Positions 48,837 through 64,000 of a stretch of DNA of 64,000 nucleotides are shown in pieces. The stretch lies in the NCBI RefSeq assembly GCF_009914755.1, contig NC_060928.1. One strand, given 5' to 3'. Origin of the DNA: the human T2T-CHM13v2.0 reference genome, Homo sapiens. Position numbers and translations under genes: made by a program. The notes below the pieces were generated by a model. The model had not been told where the DNA came from and ran no database searches. It worked only from the letters and a program-made list of their open reading frames with translations. The number at the start of each line of letters is the position of its first letter. Position 1 is the first letter of the stretch.

Positions 48837-50407
48837 TGCATGTTTTAAATGGTTTTACTTCTTCACCCTCATCTGCAGCGTGGATAGGTGAGTGAGAACG
48901 CCATTCTAACCAGGGATGGTAGAGGAAGGATGTGCTCACAGACATCTCAAAGCAAACTTTATGCCAGCTTTTCTGAGAGTTTTCAAATACCACAAATGGG
49001 TGGATGTGATCTCTAGAACAAAAGGGGGCCTGTGACAGCCCGTCCTCTGTGGGTCTGTGGCTCAGCACGAGTTCAGACACAAGATCCCAGATGTTCCATC
49101 TAGAGTAGGTCTTAGATCAGTATCTCAAGTGTGGTGGGAGTGTCGGCCTTTAAAAAGAAATTCAAACACAAACACAATTCAAAGCTTGATTTCCTCTACA
49201 ACTTCAATTTTTTTCCTGCAAATCAAGCATGAAGCATGATTCCTGGCATAGACAGAAATAACTGTCAGCACACCAGTTAAGACCATAGGTTCTGCAGCCA
49301 CACCACTTGTGTCAGATCCCGGCTGTGCTGTGTGACCTTAGGCGAGTGACTTAGCCCCTGCCATCCCTCCAAGTCTCTAAGCCTTAAATAAAAATGACAG
49401 CTCCTCCCTCAGAGTTTGCTATGAGCATTAAATAAGAGTTATGAAGTGCTTAGAATGGTGACTGGGACATAAAAAGTGTTCTGTAAGTACACATTTCAAA
49501 CATAAAACGCAAGTCCCAAATTTCTCCCGATTTAATTTAAATGAGATTGTGACATCAGGCCAGAAGCACACTGCTAACTTCACAAACATCTCTTATAAAC
49601 AGTCGTCAAAGCAGTTTACACAGAGGCACTACTGGGTCAGGCTGTCACCTTGACCCTCTCGGCACCCCTGCTCCCTGTGGGCAGGGATCCCATCTTTGTC
49701 CTCACCGTGACCCCAGAGCCGAGGGCAGCACCTGGCCCATAGTGGGTGCTCGATGAACACATGCTTACTAACTAGAGGGGCTTGAGGAACTGATACCTAA
49801 ACAAACACAAAAGAGGAATTCAGCTCTCTGTCCCATGAGCGTTCAAATGCCACCCATATTCACAAATGGGCAAAAAGGATTTCGGAAATTAAAGGGCACT
49901 TTCTGTGGGTCTGTGGCTTGACACAGATTCAGATATGTGCCCCCAGGCCATCTACGTGGTGTCCCCCTCCCCCATGGAGTCTCCTCATCACAGCAGTAAG
50001 GACACAAACTGCAGCTGGGGATCACTGAGCACTTGTTATGGCCAGACACTGTGTTGAGTGCTTGCCGCACACTATCACGTTTAATCCTAACAAGCATGAT
50101 GGACCTCATGATACAGGTGGGGAAACTGAGGCCTCAGCAGGTCAATAATGTGCTCAGCATGGCCGGTGGTGAGGGAGCGAGCCAGGATTCATGTCGGCAC
50201 TACCCATTCTGCCACTGTGCTGCCTGTCTCCAAGTCCAGCTACTCTGAGATTCCGTCTGATGTGCAATGCATCCTCAGAGTCCCAGAGACCTCCCAAGAC
50301 CACCCGGATTGACGATCTCAGGGAACACAGACTTGTCCTCTGGACCACAGCAGGCAGAGAATAGGGGCTGGAAGCTGCTCAGTCATGGACATGTCTGTAA
50401 TACTCAC

Positions 50408-50491
50408 TCAACTAGGAATTCTAAGGGTGTCCAGGAGCTGAAGTCAGCCTCAGGCATTGATTTCCTGTTCATCGGGGTATCCAGGGTAACC
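50408..50491 (-). CDS. QDPR: QDPR coding exon (exon 6, 84 bp)
   Basis: Translates [27 protein letters not shown](E). Acceptor gtccattgcag|, donor TGA|gtgagt. Confidence 0.98.
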
Positions 50492-51491
50492 CTGCAATGG
50501 ACACAGATAAGCACGTCATTCATGTCGCTCCTTTCTAACAACAGGTGCCCAGTCCCCCTTGGCCAGGAAAACGCAAACATACAGCAGGACAACCTAGAGC
50601 CTCTGGCACTGAGGGTGCTATTTACATGGAAAGATCAGACAGAAAGATAAGCAGAGAGAGAGCAGGAAGCTGTCCCCGCTAGCAAAGGCCAGATCTGAGC
50701 ATAATTCAATAAGGTGCGCTGTGGCTCACCACTTAGGCAGATAAGAACAAAACAGAAGGAGCCACATTTTGCCTTTTTAAAAAAGAGTCTTCACTGAATT
50801 AAACTGCTTTGTTGCTGTGTCTTTATTCACTCCCTAACATGCAGCACACTCATTTCTAAGGATTTAAGATAGTTATATGCCTTTAAATATGAGAATACTA
50901 AAATACTAAAATTTTAAATATGTGGCTATTTTCCACAAAACCTTAAGATTTTTGGCAGAATAATATAGAATTCAGATATGCATGAATCTCCCAAGAACAT
51001 CAAGGCCTCAGGAATCATTCGAATCATTCAAAACAGCTGTGGGAATCATGTCACAGAATCACAGAACCTCACAACTAAAAGGGAACCAGAAAGTCAATCA
51101 GTGCAGTCCCTACAGTCTCAGCATCCCTTTATAGGACCACAGGCAAGAGGCAAGCCTGCTGGTGCTGGAAGCCTTCCAGCGAGAAGGAGTAGCCTCCCTC
51201 CAAAGCAGCTGCCTCTGCCTGGGACAGCTGATGGGGGACAGTCCCCCGATGACCAACAGAAACACCTCCAACAGTTTCCCATATTCTCTCTCTCTCACAC
51301 ATACATACCCCATATAATGACTTGAAAGACAGAACTACATATAAAAAAGTAAAATGTGTAGTCTAATTTTAAAGGAAGAAATGAAGGGAGAAAAGAAAGG
51401 GAGAGGAAAAAAAGAGGCAAAAAAGACAGACCCATCCAACCAGCCAATCAAACATTCTGGACAGCCCAGGAGAACCCAAAACTGGAAGTAT

Positions 51492-51830
51492 TGCTATGGT
51501 CTGAATGTATCCCCCTCAAACTCACATACAAAACACAAACTGCAACATAATAGTATTAAGAGGTGGGGTCTGCAGGAGACAAGTGGGGGCCTTTAGGAGG
51601 GGATTAGCATGCTTATAAAGGAAGCTGGAGGGAGCCCATTTGCCCCTTCCACCGTGTGAGCACATATAGAAGGCGCCATCTATGAGGAATGAGCCCTCGC
51701 CAGGCACCAAATCTGCTGGTGCCTTCATCTTGGACTTCCCAGCCTCCAGAACTGTGAGCAATACATTTCTGCTGTTTATAAATCACCCAGTCTAAGGTAT
51801 TTTGTTAGAGCAATTCAAACAGATTAAGAT
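51492..51830 (+). mobile_element. MaLR LTR (MSTD/MLT1A-like)
   Basis: tgctatggtctgaatgtatcccc...ggacttcccagcctccagaactgtgag. Confidence 0.8.
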
Positions 51831-51977
51831 AATAAGTATCTTAAGAGACTTTGGTGTGTTTCAGAACCAGAGGTGAGAGCACACCCAGGTCGCCTGTGGA
51901 AAGCTACAGTCAGACAAACGGTCACCTGCAGCAGTGGGGCAGAGGTGGGCAGCAGCCAGGGAACCCCAAGCACTTAC

Positions 51978-52086
51978 GGGAGCACAGCGATGGCGGCTGC
52001 CCCGGGCGGCATGCCGCTGTTCTTCCCAGCCAGGCTCTGGCAGAGCTGGTGAACAGCACCCTTGGCCATGCCGTACCCGATCATAC
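51978..52086 (-). CDS. QDPR: QDPR coding exon (exon 5, 109 bp) with catalytic YxxxK
   Basis: Translates (G)[35 protein letters not shown](P); YGMAK is the SDR Tyr-x3-Lys motif. Acceptor ccccatttcccag|, donor CCC|gtaagt; phase matches the neighbouring exons. Not in the supplied ORF track. Confidence 0.98.
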
Positions 52087-52828
52087 CTGGGAAATGGGGA
52101 GAAGATGGCTCAGTGACCACTGGCGGCCAGGGGGACAGCAAGGACATGCAATCTTCTCTTGAGATCTCTATTCCCTGAAAACTTTATAAATAGCTGCATC
52201 TGGCCTCCTCCTTCAGGTCAGACGCCCTCACCAACCCCCATCAAAAAATGGCAGAGAGCCACGAGAAAGAGGGGATGGGAACACGTGGGTTGGGAATTAT
52301 GGCCTCTGGCCAGTTTCCAAGAACACACAGGCTTCACACAGGCCACCGGTGCATCCAAGCTGCAGCATTCCAGGGTCCAGAAGAGGCCAGGAAGAAAAGA
52401 TAAATGAACATTTATGGAGAGAAAAGTGGAGGAGACATGACATTTCAGGTGTACTTACTATTCATCTAACACTTAACATTTATTACAAAAGCCAGAAGGT
52501 TGATCTTATTTTTATTCTTAGGAAACCAAGACTCAAGACAGGTTGAGTACATGCCAGGCTCACACACAGACTTGTGCCAAAGCTGATGGAGAGGTTAAAG
52601 CCCAGGCAAGAAATGGGTTCTGAACCTTTTGATCACTAAATGCTTGTGAGCACCTGGCACACAGAGGTACTCAATGGGACAGCAAAATCAAGCAGTCACT
52701 TGGAGTATAGGACTTAAAGTCAAATTACACACATTCAAATCCCAGTTCCTCCACTTACCACTAAATAAATTCTGGGAAAGTTCCCAAAACCTCTCTAATC
52801 CTCAGTTGCTGCATCTGTAAAATGGGTT

Positions 52829-53690
52829 TGAGGTGTTTTCTAACACAGTCAATTCTCTAAGTCTCCAGACACCAACTGGGTGTCTGACAATTCAATTAGA
52901 ACTCCCAGCTAGGTGTGGTGCCTCGTGCCTTTAATCCCAGCACTTTGGGAGGCTGAGGCAGGAGAATCCCTTGAGCCCAAGAGTTCCAAGACCATCCTGG
53001 GCAACGTAGTGGGACCCCATCTCTACAAAAATTAGCCATGCCTGCTGGTACATGCCTGTGGTCCCGGCTACTCGGGAGGCTGAGGTGGGAGGTTCACTTG
53101 AGCCTGGGGGAGGTCAAGGCTGCAATTAGCTATGATCACGTCACTGTACTCCCGTCTGATTTAAGGGCTCAGTCTCACAAGACCTACCCTACTTCAGATG
53201 GCAGTCACAAGTCCTGGGCCACTTAGACTTCTGACCAACAAGCTTAATCAGGGGTTTGCACAACCCCCTCTTCAGGTGCAATAATTTGCTAGAATGGCTC
53301 GAAGAACTCAGGCAAACGCTTTTTTTATAGTTACTGGTTTATTATAAAGGATACAACTCAGGAACAGCCAGGTGGAATGACACAGAGGCAGGGTAGGAGA
53401 GGGGGTGGGCATGGAACTTCCACGCCTGCTCCAGCCACGCCACCCTCCCAGTGCCCTCCATGTGTTCAACCCAGATGCTTATCACATCTGTAAGTTTTTA
53501 TAGAGCTTAATCTCCAGCCCCTGCTTCCTTCCAGGAGGTCGGTAGGTGGAGCTGAAAGTTCTAACCTCCTAATTGCTTGGTCATTCTAAGAAGTAGCTCC
53601 ATCCTGAGGCTGTCTAGGGGCCCCAACCTACTAATCACCTTATCAGTATAAACTCAGGTGTGATCCAGAGGGGCTCATAACGACACACAG
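52829..53690. mobile_element. MER21/MER77-like LTR containing an Alu (52907-53151, +)
   Basis: caccaactgggtgtc...aatttgctagaatggctc...gaactcagg. Confidence 0.65.
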
Positions 53691-53947
53691 GAATAGAGTA
53701 CTTAATTGTGAGCATACCCTTAGCACAGGACAGGCACTCAATGAAGGTTTCCCATCAAATCAATAGAAGTAATGTGCCCTGGAACCCGACTACCTGGCTT
53801 CGTGTCCAGGCTCTGCTGCTTGCTAGTGACTGACACTGGGAGAGGCTACTAAACCTTGGAATCCTCAGTTTCCCATTTCGTGAAATGGGAATGACAATCC
53901 CAAATCCTAAGGATAATACAACAATCAAATAAAATACCATGTACAAG

Positions 53948-54378
53948 TGTAGCAGACAGGGAGGGTCTCCAAGGACTATAGGAGTTTCATCAGCTTGAAC
54001 AATCAGCCTGTTTCACAGGCTCCTGCCCTTCAGCCTGGTTTTTCCCACAACTTGCATGGAATGCAGTCACCAAGTCAGGTGAAACCAGCAACTTATAGAG
54101 ATGATCCCAAGTGGACTTTCCTCATTACCATGCTACAGTCTCCACCCGGGAGGAGCTACAGCTTCATCACCAGAACATGTGACTATGTGCTGGCGTGATG
54201 ACTCACTGCATCTGTGCCACTGGGACCCCTCCTCCACATGCAATGACACACCCTTTCCCCTCTCCATCACCCCATGAAACCCTCCTGGGAGAGACGCTGC
54301 TTTGGAGAATACTTCCAGCATCCTCCTTAATTATGTCAAGTAATAAAACTCCATTGATTGTTTTTTTTCCAGGTTAAC
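53948..54378 (+). mobile_element. LTR47-like solo LTR
   Basis: tgtagcagacagggagggtctccaaggactataggag...aataaaactcc. Confidence 0.6.
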
Positions 54379-55472
54379 AAATCCCCTTTGTACAGTACTG
54401 AGCACAGAGGAACACTCAATCCTGGCCATTATTGTCATTCATGACTCTCAGCAGGTCACTGGCAACTCTTTTTCCTCGGACAGCAATAAGGAATTGCAAA
54501 AAGGGTCATCAACTTGGAATTCAAAAAGTGCAGCCCTAACTCCTGTTTTTCCAGCCACCAAAAAAAATCACAGGTTCTGTGGGCCTGCTTTTCCATCTGT
54601 CAGTGGGAGTGGTAACTCAGATCACAATTTATTCACAAGGCTCTGCTGAGGATGGAAGGAGACTGCATCCAACAAGGGCCTTGGAAACCATGGAGGGCAC
54701 GCACAGAACCCGATCAGGGCGGAGGGAGCCCAGCCTGGTGTAGGAGGGGCTTTGCTCAGCACCTTGCCAGGGAGATGTTCTCCCAGTGACTGCGGCAGGG
54801 AGGGGGTGATGCTTCTCCCACTCTCCCAGCTCATCATTATTCATATTATCATAGATGATTCCTCTCCAGATCAAGCAGTCATCTGCGGCCCATCCGGGGC
54901 ATTTCCTTCCTTATCAGCAGTGGAAGGACTGTGGCATGACGGGGATGGTGACAACTCTGGCCTTAACACCATCAAACCAACCTGCCATCACTCTGCTGCC
55001 TGTAAAGCCAGAGCCTGGAAAGGGGCTGCCAGGGTCTGCCTGCTCCCGGGCATCAAAACCCACTTACCCCACCCCATGTCATGGAGCCTCTTCTATGTGG
55101 GAATCCCTAGGCTCAGTGTTAGAAAGACGAAGAAGCACAAGGCAGCTCCCTGGCTCCCAGGAACGGCACAGCACACCAGAAAGAACCCAGAATCTGGACT
55201 TCGAGGCCAGGGGTTGGAACCCAGGTGATTCCTCACCACTGTGACTTGGGCGAGCAGCTCTTTCAGCCTCTGGTTCTTCCCTGCTAAATGGGATCCAATG
55301 CTAAGCTAAATAGGCTTTCCTGAAAACGACATGAAACGTGACACATCTCATAAACTCGAAAGGGCTCTTTCATTCCCAGAAGAATGTAAGTTCCACAGAG
55401 GCAGGGATTTTTATTGTTTTGTTCACCAATGTATCCCAAACCAAAAGGTGGCAATCAATAAATACTTTATTT

Positions 55473-56262
<790 letters not shown>

Positions 56263-56383
56263 TCAGTAACTCGTGAGTTTCTCAATATTCCAGACAAACT
56301 AACTTTTAAATTATTTAATCTATGATGAAGTGAAAAGAATAAGGCATGGAAAAGCCTCTATCGAGTCATCAAATTATGGTGCT

Positions 56384-56792
<409 letters not shown>

Positions 56793-59382
56793 CAAATTAT
56801 GGTGCTTTTTAAAAAGTATGTGAATGTGACATGGGCACACACTAGAATGGGCACAGAATGCTTCCCAAAGGACACCTGAGAAGCCATCACTGTAGTTGGG
56901 CCTGGGAGGGAGTGCCATAGAGATCAGCGGTGTGAGTAGGAGAGAGTCTTCCTATTCATTGTGTTTCTTTTAGTGCCATGTGAATTTTTACTACATGCAT
57001 TGGTTAGTTTTCCAATTTAAAAACTGATTAAATTATTTAAATAAAAACTAATACAGTGCCTTGTCTTTTCCCATAAGCTCTATTTGTCAAAGCAAGTCCT
57101 TTTCCAAGACCCTGTTTGAATCAGCTCCCTCAACAAAACCTTTTCAGAGGTGGACTCACCCCCACCAAGAGCACTCCGCTTAGACCGTAATGTAGCCCGG
57201 TCTCACACTCACACCACCCGCACCCTTGCTGCCGGAGGAGGCTCTGAATATAATTATATTATCTCTATATAATTATATTATCAGTAATTGCTATAATTAC
57301 TGATTATAATTATATATTAATTACTGATCAATGTATTACTCAGACCAATCTGCTACTAACTAGCTAGGTTGTCTTAGACAAGGCACCTAAAATCACTGAA
57401 CTTTTTTTCCTCCATAATCAAGGGAAAATAATAGGACCTACTTTACAGATACCTCTGGTGATGAACTAAGATCAAGCTTAGCCCAACAAGCCAAGCACCC
57501 AGAAGACAGATGCCTAAAAATATTTCTTTCTTTTTCGCCAAGTCTGTTGAGGTATAACTGAAACACAATAAACTTAAACACATTTAGGGTGTACCATTTG
57601 AGCAAATTTTGACATTGTGTATACCTGCTACCTATTGGTCTTCCTTTCCTCCCACTATTCGATGGATATTTGCTGACAGAAGCAAGGGATGTCTTTTATT
57701 AAGGTAGGTTTCCCTCTGCCCCGCAGGCATGTGGCAGGAATGGAGTCTTTCCTCTTTATGTTCCCCCACTGTGCCCAACTGTAGCTGCTCACTAAATGCT
57801 GCTATCACAGAATAATGATAGCAAGAAGGAATGATGAGTCACTGTAAACTTCTCCACCTTCTGAAAACCACTATTTCTTCTAGAGGTCATCAGGCTCCCT
57901 AAAATCCTCGGCACACACACTGTTTAAGATGTAATTGCTGTGGAGGCATCGCAAGTCCAGCGGGAGGTGGGGGGATGACAGCCCAGCCAAGGGACCAATC
58001 ACAAAACTGCTTCAACAACTACCTCAAATTGCAAAAGAGGGTCAAGGTCTCAAAGAGCTATTTGGAAGCACAAGAAGAATATTTCGCCATCCTTAGCTTC
58101 TCTGTTTAATCAGGGGGCATAACAAACTCTTCAGTGATTAAAATAAACCAGGGCATAAGTGCTCATTAACCCAGCCCTGGTCCTCAAAATCCCAGAGCTC
58201 TCTCTTGACTCCATTCGAACAACACAACACAAGAGCAGGGACTCTGACAAAGGAAAGAAACAAGCAAATAGCAACCGTAATGGCTTAATTCTAAAGAATG
58301 ACCTTTCCTTGGGGACACAAAAGGGGTTATTTGCAAGATATGAAAAAAAAGACATTTCACTAAGAAGGTCAACACTTCCAAATTACTGAATGATCAGTGT
58401 GGTCCCCCAAAACTGATTTCCAATCACAGCACAGATCCTTTAATGGTAAACAAAAGTGAACACCATTTTAATACTGTTTGTCCTACAGAAGACAGTCTAG
58501 AAATACAAACTTGGAAATAGGAGGGTGAGGTTTTCTCAGTATCCTTCCAAGTGAAAAACTTCTGATGTGCAAACAAATCTTCTTGAGTTTGAGGGACTAC
58601 TAAGCCTGATTCATCATTTACTTTCAAATTGTAGATCTATTTCCCCAGATTTTTCTGAGGTCTGCAGCATACTTAAAAGATCTCATGACTCAAATTATTA
58701 ATAGCTTAACAAAATCTAACTTAAGAGGTTAAAGATGAACAAATTCATTAACATCTGAGGCAGAACAGCTGGGCAGAAATAAGCCTGGAGTAAATAATAA
58801 TAATGGCTCACACTTACTATTGACTCTCTGTAATACCTTTCTCATCCATTTAGATCCATTGAGACATTTACAAGGTACAACCACCATATATATAAAGGAG
58901 ACACTATTTTATCTTATTTTACAGATGACAAAACGCAGACTCAGAAAGGCGAAGTAACTTGCCGAACGTGTCACAGTAAGTGGCAGAGCCTTAAGAGAAG
59001 TCCAACGTGCACAGTTCCAGAGCCTGAAGTCTTAACCACTACCCAAAATGTAATCAAAGGATACCTGCAAACCAAAGGAAAGTAGGAGACTCTTCTGTCA
59101 TTTAGAAAAATCAGTCTTTTGGTCCTAGGGTTTTGTTTTTTAAAATGTCAAGCTAAGACTCATTTCTCTGTTTACTTTCTACTGCCTCTGTTCCGTGTCA
59201 TCTTAAATAAAAATCAGATCTCAACCAACCAGACAGCTAACATTTACACAGCTTTAATGATTGCTATAGCCATGGACTTGTAACATCACATGCTCTAAGA
59301 AATGGAAGAAGAAAATGAGAGGGAAGGTATTGCTAGTAGTCACAGCCTCACAGTTCAGTGAGTTACATTAAAATTGAGAAGG

Positions 59383-59997
<615 letters not shown>

Positions 59998-60119
59998 AAA
60001 AGCTCCCATTTTTTTAAAAGAAGAGTTCAACTTAGGTAGTTGAGGTAGACACTTTCTGCCTCCCTATGCTGCCCCTTTCTACCCCTGCTTAAATTCCTTT
60101 AGCCCTATCCCACAGGGAG

Positions 60120-60483
60120 TGTTATGGGCTGAAATAGATCCCCCCAACATTCGTATATTGAAGTCCTAATTCCCAGTACCTCAGAATGGGACTGTATTCG
60201 AAGATCTTTAAAGAGGCAACAAAGTTAAAATGAGCCCATTGAGATGGGCCCTAGTCCAATATGCCTGGTTTCCTTAGAAGAGGAGGAAACGAGGACAGAC
60301 ACACAGAGGGAAGACCACATGCAGACAAAAGGAGAAGGCAGCCATCTATAAAAAAAGAGGATTCAGAAGGAGCCAGCCCTGCAGATACCTTGATCTCCAG
60401 ACTTTTAGCCTCCAGAGTTATGAGAAAATAAATCTCTGTTGTTTAGGCCACCCAGTCTGTGGCTACCCAAACAAACTAATACA
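60120..60483 (+). mobile_element. MLT1B-like LTR
   Basis: tgttatgggctgaa...cagtacctcagaatgggactgtatt...aaactaataca. Confidence 0.85.
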
Positions 60484-60931
60484 GGTCATAAAAAATGCAA
60501 AAGAAATGACATAATGGAAAAAATACACAGTTGGTAGATGATTAGGGTTTTGGTTCAAGTAAGTCTGCAACTTACTTCCTGCACAAACCCAGACAAGTTA
60601 CTTAACTCTCCAAGTTTTAGTTTCCTAACCTGTAAACTGAAAAAGATAATATTGATGAGATTAAAGTGAGAATATATGTGAAATGAAAAGAGTGACTATA
60701 AGACCTACCATTTATTGTGAATAACAGTAAGACTTGCCATTTATGGGTGCCTACCATGTGCACTTTCTACATAGCTACACCTCTACAGTTTTACAGTACT
60801 CTTCAAGTTAGATGTCACTGTCACTATTTTACAATTAAGGAAACTACAGTAGACATCTGGTCAGAGACTGAAGAACTGGTTCAGGGTCACACATCTAGGA
60901 TAAAGAATCCACCCCCAACCCTCTCACTCTC

Positions 60932-61065
60932 TTTTTGTTTTCTAATGTAGAGATAGGGTCTCACTATGTTGCCCAGGCTGGTCTTGAACTCCTGGGCTCA
61001 AGCAATCCTCCTGCTTCAGCCTCCCAAAAGTGCTGGGATTACACGTGTGAGCCACTGTGCTGGCC
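60932..61065 (-). mobile_element. Alu left monomer (FLAM-like)
   Basis: Single reverse left arm. Confidence 0.85.
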
Positions 61066-61463
61066 AAATGAACCTCTCTCATTTTAAACTTATGCTATTT
61101 CCAGCTGCTAAGCTGCTTCCCTGGAACACATGGATTCAATGTGATAATAATAATCCATGTTTATTAATTAATTAATATCCACTAAACCATTCATTCCAGT
61201 GTAGATCACAGATAAATAAACTAAATGGGGGTTACCAGATCATAGCGTTCCTTACCACCACCATAAACATAAGGACAGGCAAACAAAAGATCAGAACTCT
61301 TCTCCCTAAAATGATTCAGGCCCAAAAGAAGACAAAATCCATCTATCTGTTAAGCAGCTTAGAGGGTAAAGGCTTTAACAGTCCTCATCCCATGAAAGTG
61401 CCCAGCAGCCCCAGCAAGCAAGGTAAGCAACCCCACTCCACAGATAGGGAAATAAAGGCTTAC

Positions 61464-61604
61464 CAGGAGTCCCATCCAGGGCAGCCTTTGCGCCAGCCAA
61501 GGTCAGGAGGCCTCCTTCCTTGAGATGCTTGGTAGCCAGATGGCTGGAGATGGTCGATGTCCATATGCTCTGCTTCCACATCAGGTCACAGTTCTTAAAG
61601 AGAG
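61464..61604 (-). CDS. QDPR: QDPR coding exon (exon 4, 141 bp)
   Basis: Translates (S)[46 protein letters not shown](G), recognisable DHPR sequence. Acceptor tttttcactcag| and donor CTG|gtaagc. Upstream exons are beyond the window end. Confidence 0.98.
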
Positions 61605-63348
61605 CTGAGTGAAAAAAACATGTGGGCTCAGCATTCCCAGGAAAGAAACCAAAAGGTGAGCTCAACTCATGCAGCCCCACACTCAGGGAGGCCCTCCCTC
61701 CTGGTCCCCAGGTCCCTATCTACAGCAAGGTCTAACACAAACAGCACAGGGCTCAGTGGTCAGAGACACAGGTTCAAATCCAGGCCATGGGATTGCCTGA
61801 GGTTCAGCTTCCTTACCTATACACTGGCAAAATGTTGGCCAATAAATTTTACAAAATAAACCTGGAGTTTACTGATTTGCTGGACTGGCTTTAATTCAAA
61901 GATTGTTTTATTTTATGAATGGTATCAGATTTGTAATAAGAACCTATATGTCTACGTCAGGTTTTCTCTGTGATAAAAATCCAAGGGCCTATTACTGTAC
62001 AGCTATAAAGAGAGCTTTTACTGAGCTACATATTTTATGTCTGAAAGTTTAATGTTAGCTTTAAAGACTCTTCAAAAGAAAGCTAAAATAACAACCATTT
62101 TACACTTGTTTTAACTCCCCGGCCTTGCCAGAGACATAAGGAAGAACAAATGGTAACATATGTCACACCACCAACTGGGCAACTCGAAGGGCATGTGGTA
62201 CCTGGTGATCAAAAAAGGATGTCCTCCTGATATAGGAGGGGTTGGTAGGTGATAAACAAGAAATTGCATTTCCCCACTAAAAAAGACTAGGAAAAAAACC
62301 TGATGGATCCACATTTATCATTTCTTGCTCCCAAAACATACAAAAAGGTTATCAAGCTGTTTTGCTAACCTGATCACCTCACAAAGCACCACTCTCACAT
62401 TGACATGTGGGTCACAGAATGTCAACGTCTTTTTAAATGGCTTTGGCTAATAAATGTAGAAGGGATGACAGAATTAGAAAACTACCATTTTCCAACCCCT
62501 GAATAAGTGCTTCAGGCAGAGATTATCAACGAAGGACTAAAACCACTGGGTGAAAAGTATAATACTTGGGAAACAGGACATTCACACACAATACCACAAT
62601 ACCACACATCCCACAGATGACTGACTTACTGCAAACAGAAAAAAAGTACCTTTATAATGGAAGTCTGGCAGTTGCCATCTCAACCAAGCATCAAATTTGG
62701 CATCCCTAAGGGTAGGGCAAGCTGCCATGCTGAGCTTCCCAGGTGATGTCATATAAGGTACACACCATCACTCAGGAAGAATTCGCACCACAAGAATGTT
62801 TATGCTAAATCTAACTGAGTCTCTAGACCCAAATTCCAGTTCACGGGGAATACCAAGGATAGAGGAACAAGTCAAACAACCCCTTAAAGAAAAGTTCAGA
62901 CAAGTTCAGAATGTGAGACATGCTATATGAAAACTCCCAAGGACTTGACAAAAAGTCTTATCACAGGGGATTTTTTTAAAAATTCTAGATTTTCTAGATT
63001 AAGAGACTAAAAACAACATAATGCAGTACATAAACCTTGAGTGGAATATGTTTAGGGAAAAAGAACTATAATAGACATGGAATAAACTGGGGAAATTTGA
63101 ATATGGGCTCAATATCATTAATCTTAGATAATCACTGTTAACTTTCTTAGGTACAATGGTACCATAATAATGTAGGACGGGCTTATTCTTTGGAGAAACA
63201 CGCGGAAATATAGTGAGGTGTAAACTTATTTTCAAACAGTTAACAAAAAACAATGCACAAAGTACACAGGCACAAGAAAACAAGCTCAACTCAAGTACAG
63301 CAAATGTTAACAGTTACTGAATCTAGATGGAGCATATAAGGGTGTTCA

Positions 63349-63763
<415 letters not shown>

Positions 63764-64000
63764 TCAGCTTTAGTAAAATCTCAAGTTTGACTTCTTCTGA
63801 CTTTCTAAATGATCTCTGCACTTCCTACACATCCTCCAATGCCTGAATAGCACATGGCCTGGGGCACAGGCCATGCTGATTTCATTCTGCCTCTACTTTA
63901 AACTCAAACTCAATGCCCCCCGTCCCCTCACGTCCTCCAGGGGAAGCTTCTTCTTTATCCGTAAAATGGATTAAGAGCATTAATCACTCTCTCCCCGAGC

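Noticed and set aside
62620-62648. Possible recursive splice site in QDPR intron 3 (ttttttctgtttgcagtaagt on minus)
   Set aside because: AG and GT share one G rather than forming AG|GT, and the intron appears too short for recursive splicing.

Overview
Human (or very close great-ape) genomic DNA, mostly interspersed repeats. The only protein-coding gene I can support is QDPR (quinoid dihydropteridine reductase, chr4p15). Its last four coding exons lie on the minus strand at 61464-61604, 51978-52086, 50408-50491 and 46877-46982. All have GT-AG boundaries, splice in frame and encode the C-terminal part of DHPR, including the SDR YxxxK motif. The 3' UTR runs to about 46140. The roughly 46 kb to the left is downstream intergenic sequence: about 30 Alus in the whole window, L1/L2/MIR, many ERV and MaLR LTRs (often nested, with intact TSDs), a near-full Tigger1, two MADE1 MITEs and a 32-bp VNTR. 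I found no convincing new biological system. The most unusual structures are two fossil multi-step template-switch rearrangements, at 43.5-44.1 kb (this one copied a QDPR poly(A)-signal segment) and at 33.7-35.3 kb. There is also a chain of well-formed candidate minus-strand exons downstream of QDPR. Repeat subfamily names come from my recall of consensus sequences, not from a search, and many repeat boundaries are approximate.
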